Shown here: piece after piece, positions 5,668-5,677 of the stretch
Layout of the letters: every line of letters starts with the position of its first letter
Numbering within the stretch: position 1 is the stretch's first letter
Virus record (IMG/VR): IMGVR_UViG_2778260996_000009
Coordinates: 1 to 5,677 of that record
DNA length: 5,677 nucleotides
Strand: one strand, 5' to 3'
DNA from: a virus
Taxonomy: Duplodnaviria > Heunggongvirae > Uroviricota > Caudoviricetes
Notes under the pieces: generated by a model
Told to the model about the DNA's origin: nothing
Seen by the model: only the letters and a program-made list of their open reading frames with translations
Database searches by the model: none
Program-made: the position numbers and the translations under genes

Positions 5668-5677
5668 TTTGTTCTCC

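Noticed and set aside
1-5677. CRISPR array or other long interspersed repeats
   Set aside because: No regularly spaced direct repeats of 24-40 bp were seen. Only the two short tandem repeats listed as features.

Overview
The window appears to span one end of a lambdoid-type prophage or integrative element inserted in the 5' end of the chromosomal tRNA-dihydrouridine synthase gene dusA. Positions ~1-480 look like host DNA: a mostly non-coding stretch ending in a truncated reading frame (376..498) that encodes a DusA-like N-terminus and then diverges at ~480, the inferred att junction. Next comes a two-gene plus-strand cargo operon (683..1222 and 1239..1673) made of an unrecognised 179-aa protein with a hydrophobic N-terminus and a YafO-family toxin-like protein. 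It ends at a shared hairpin terminator (1673..1693). The rest of the window (1700..5677) is one tightly packed minus-strand operon with overlapping start/stop codons: HD-domain phosphohydrolase, PAPS-reductase-like PP-loop protein, two small unknown proteins, an Ead/Ea22-like protein, an 87-aa unknown protein, a DUF551 protein with an internal tandem repeat, a DEDDh 3'-5' exonuclease and a PrtN-family excisionase-like protein. No integrase, tRNA, rRNA or CRISPR array was found. The best candidate for an undescribed system is the att-proximal pair, because the YafO-like toxin has a non-canonical upstream partner. All family assignments are from motifs and remembered sequences, not from searches.
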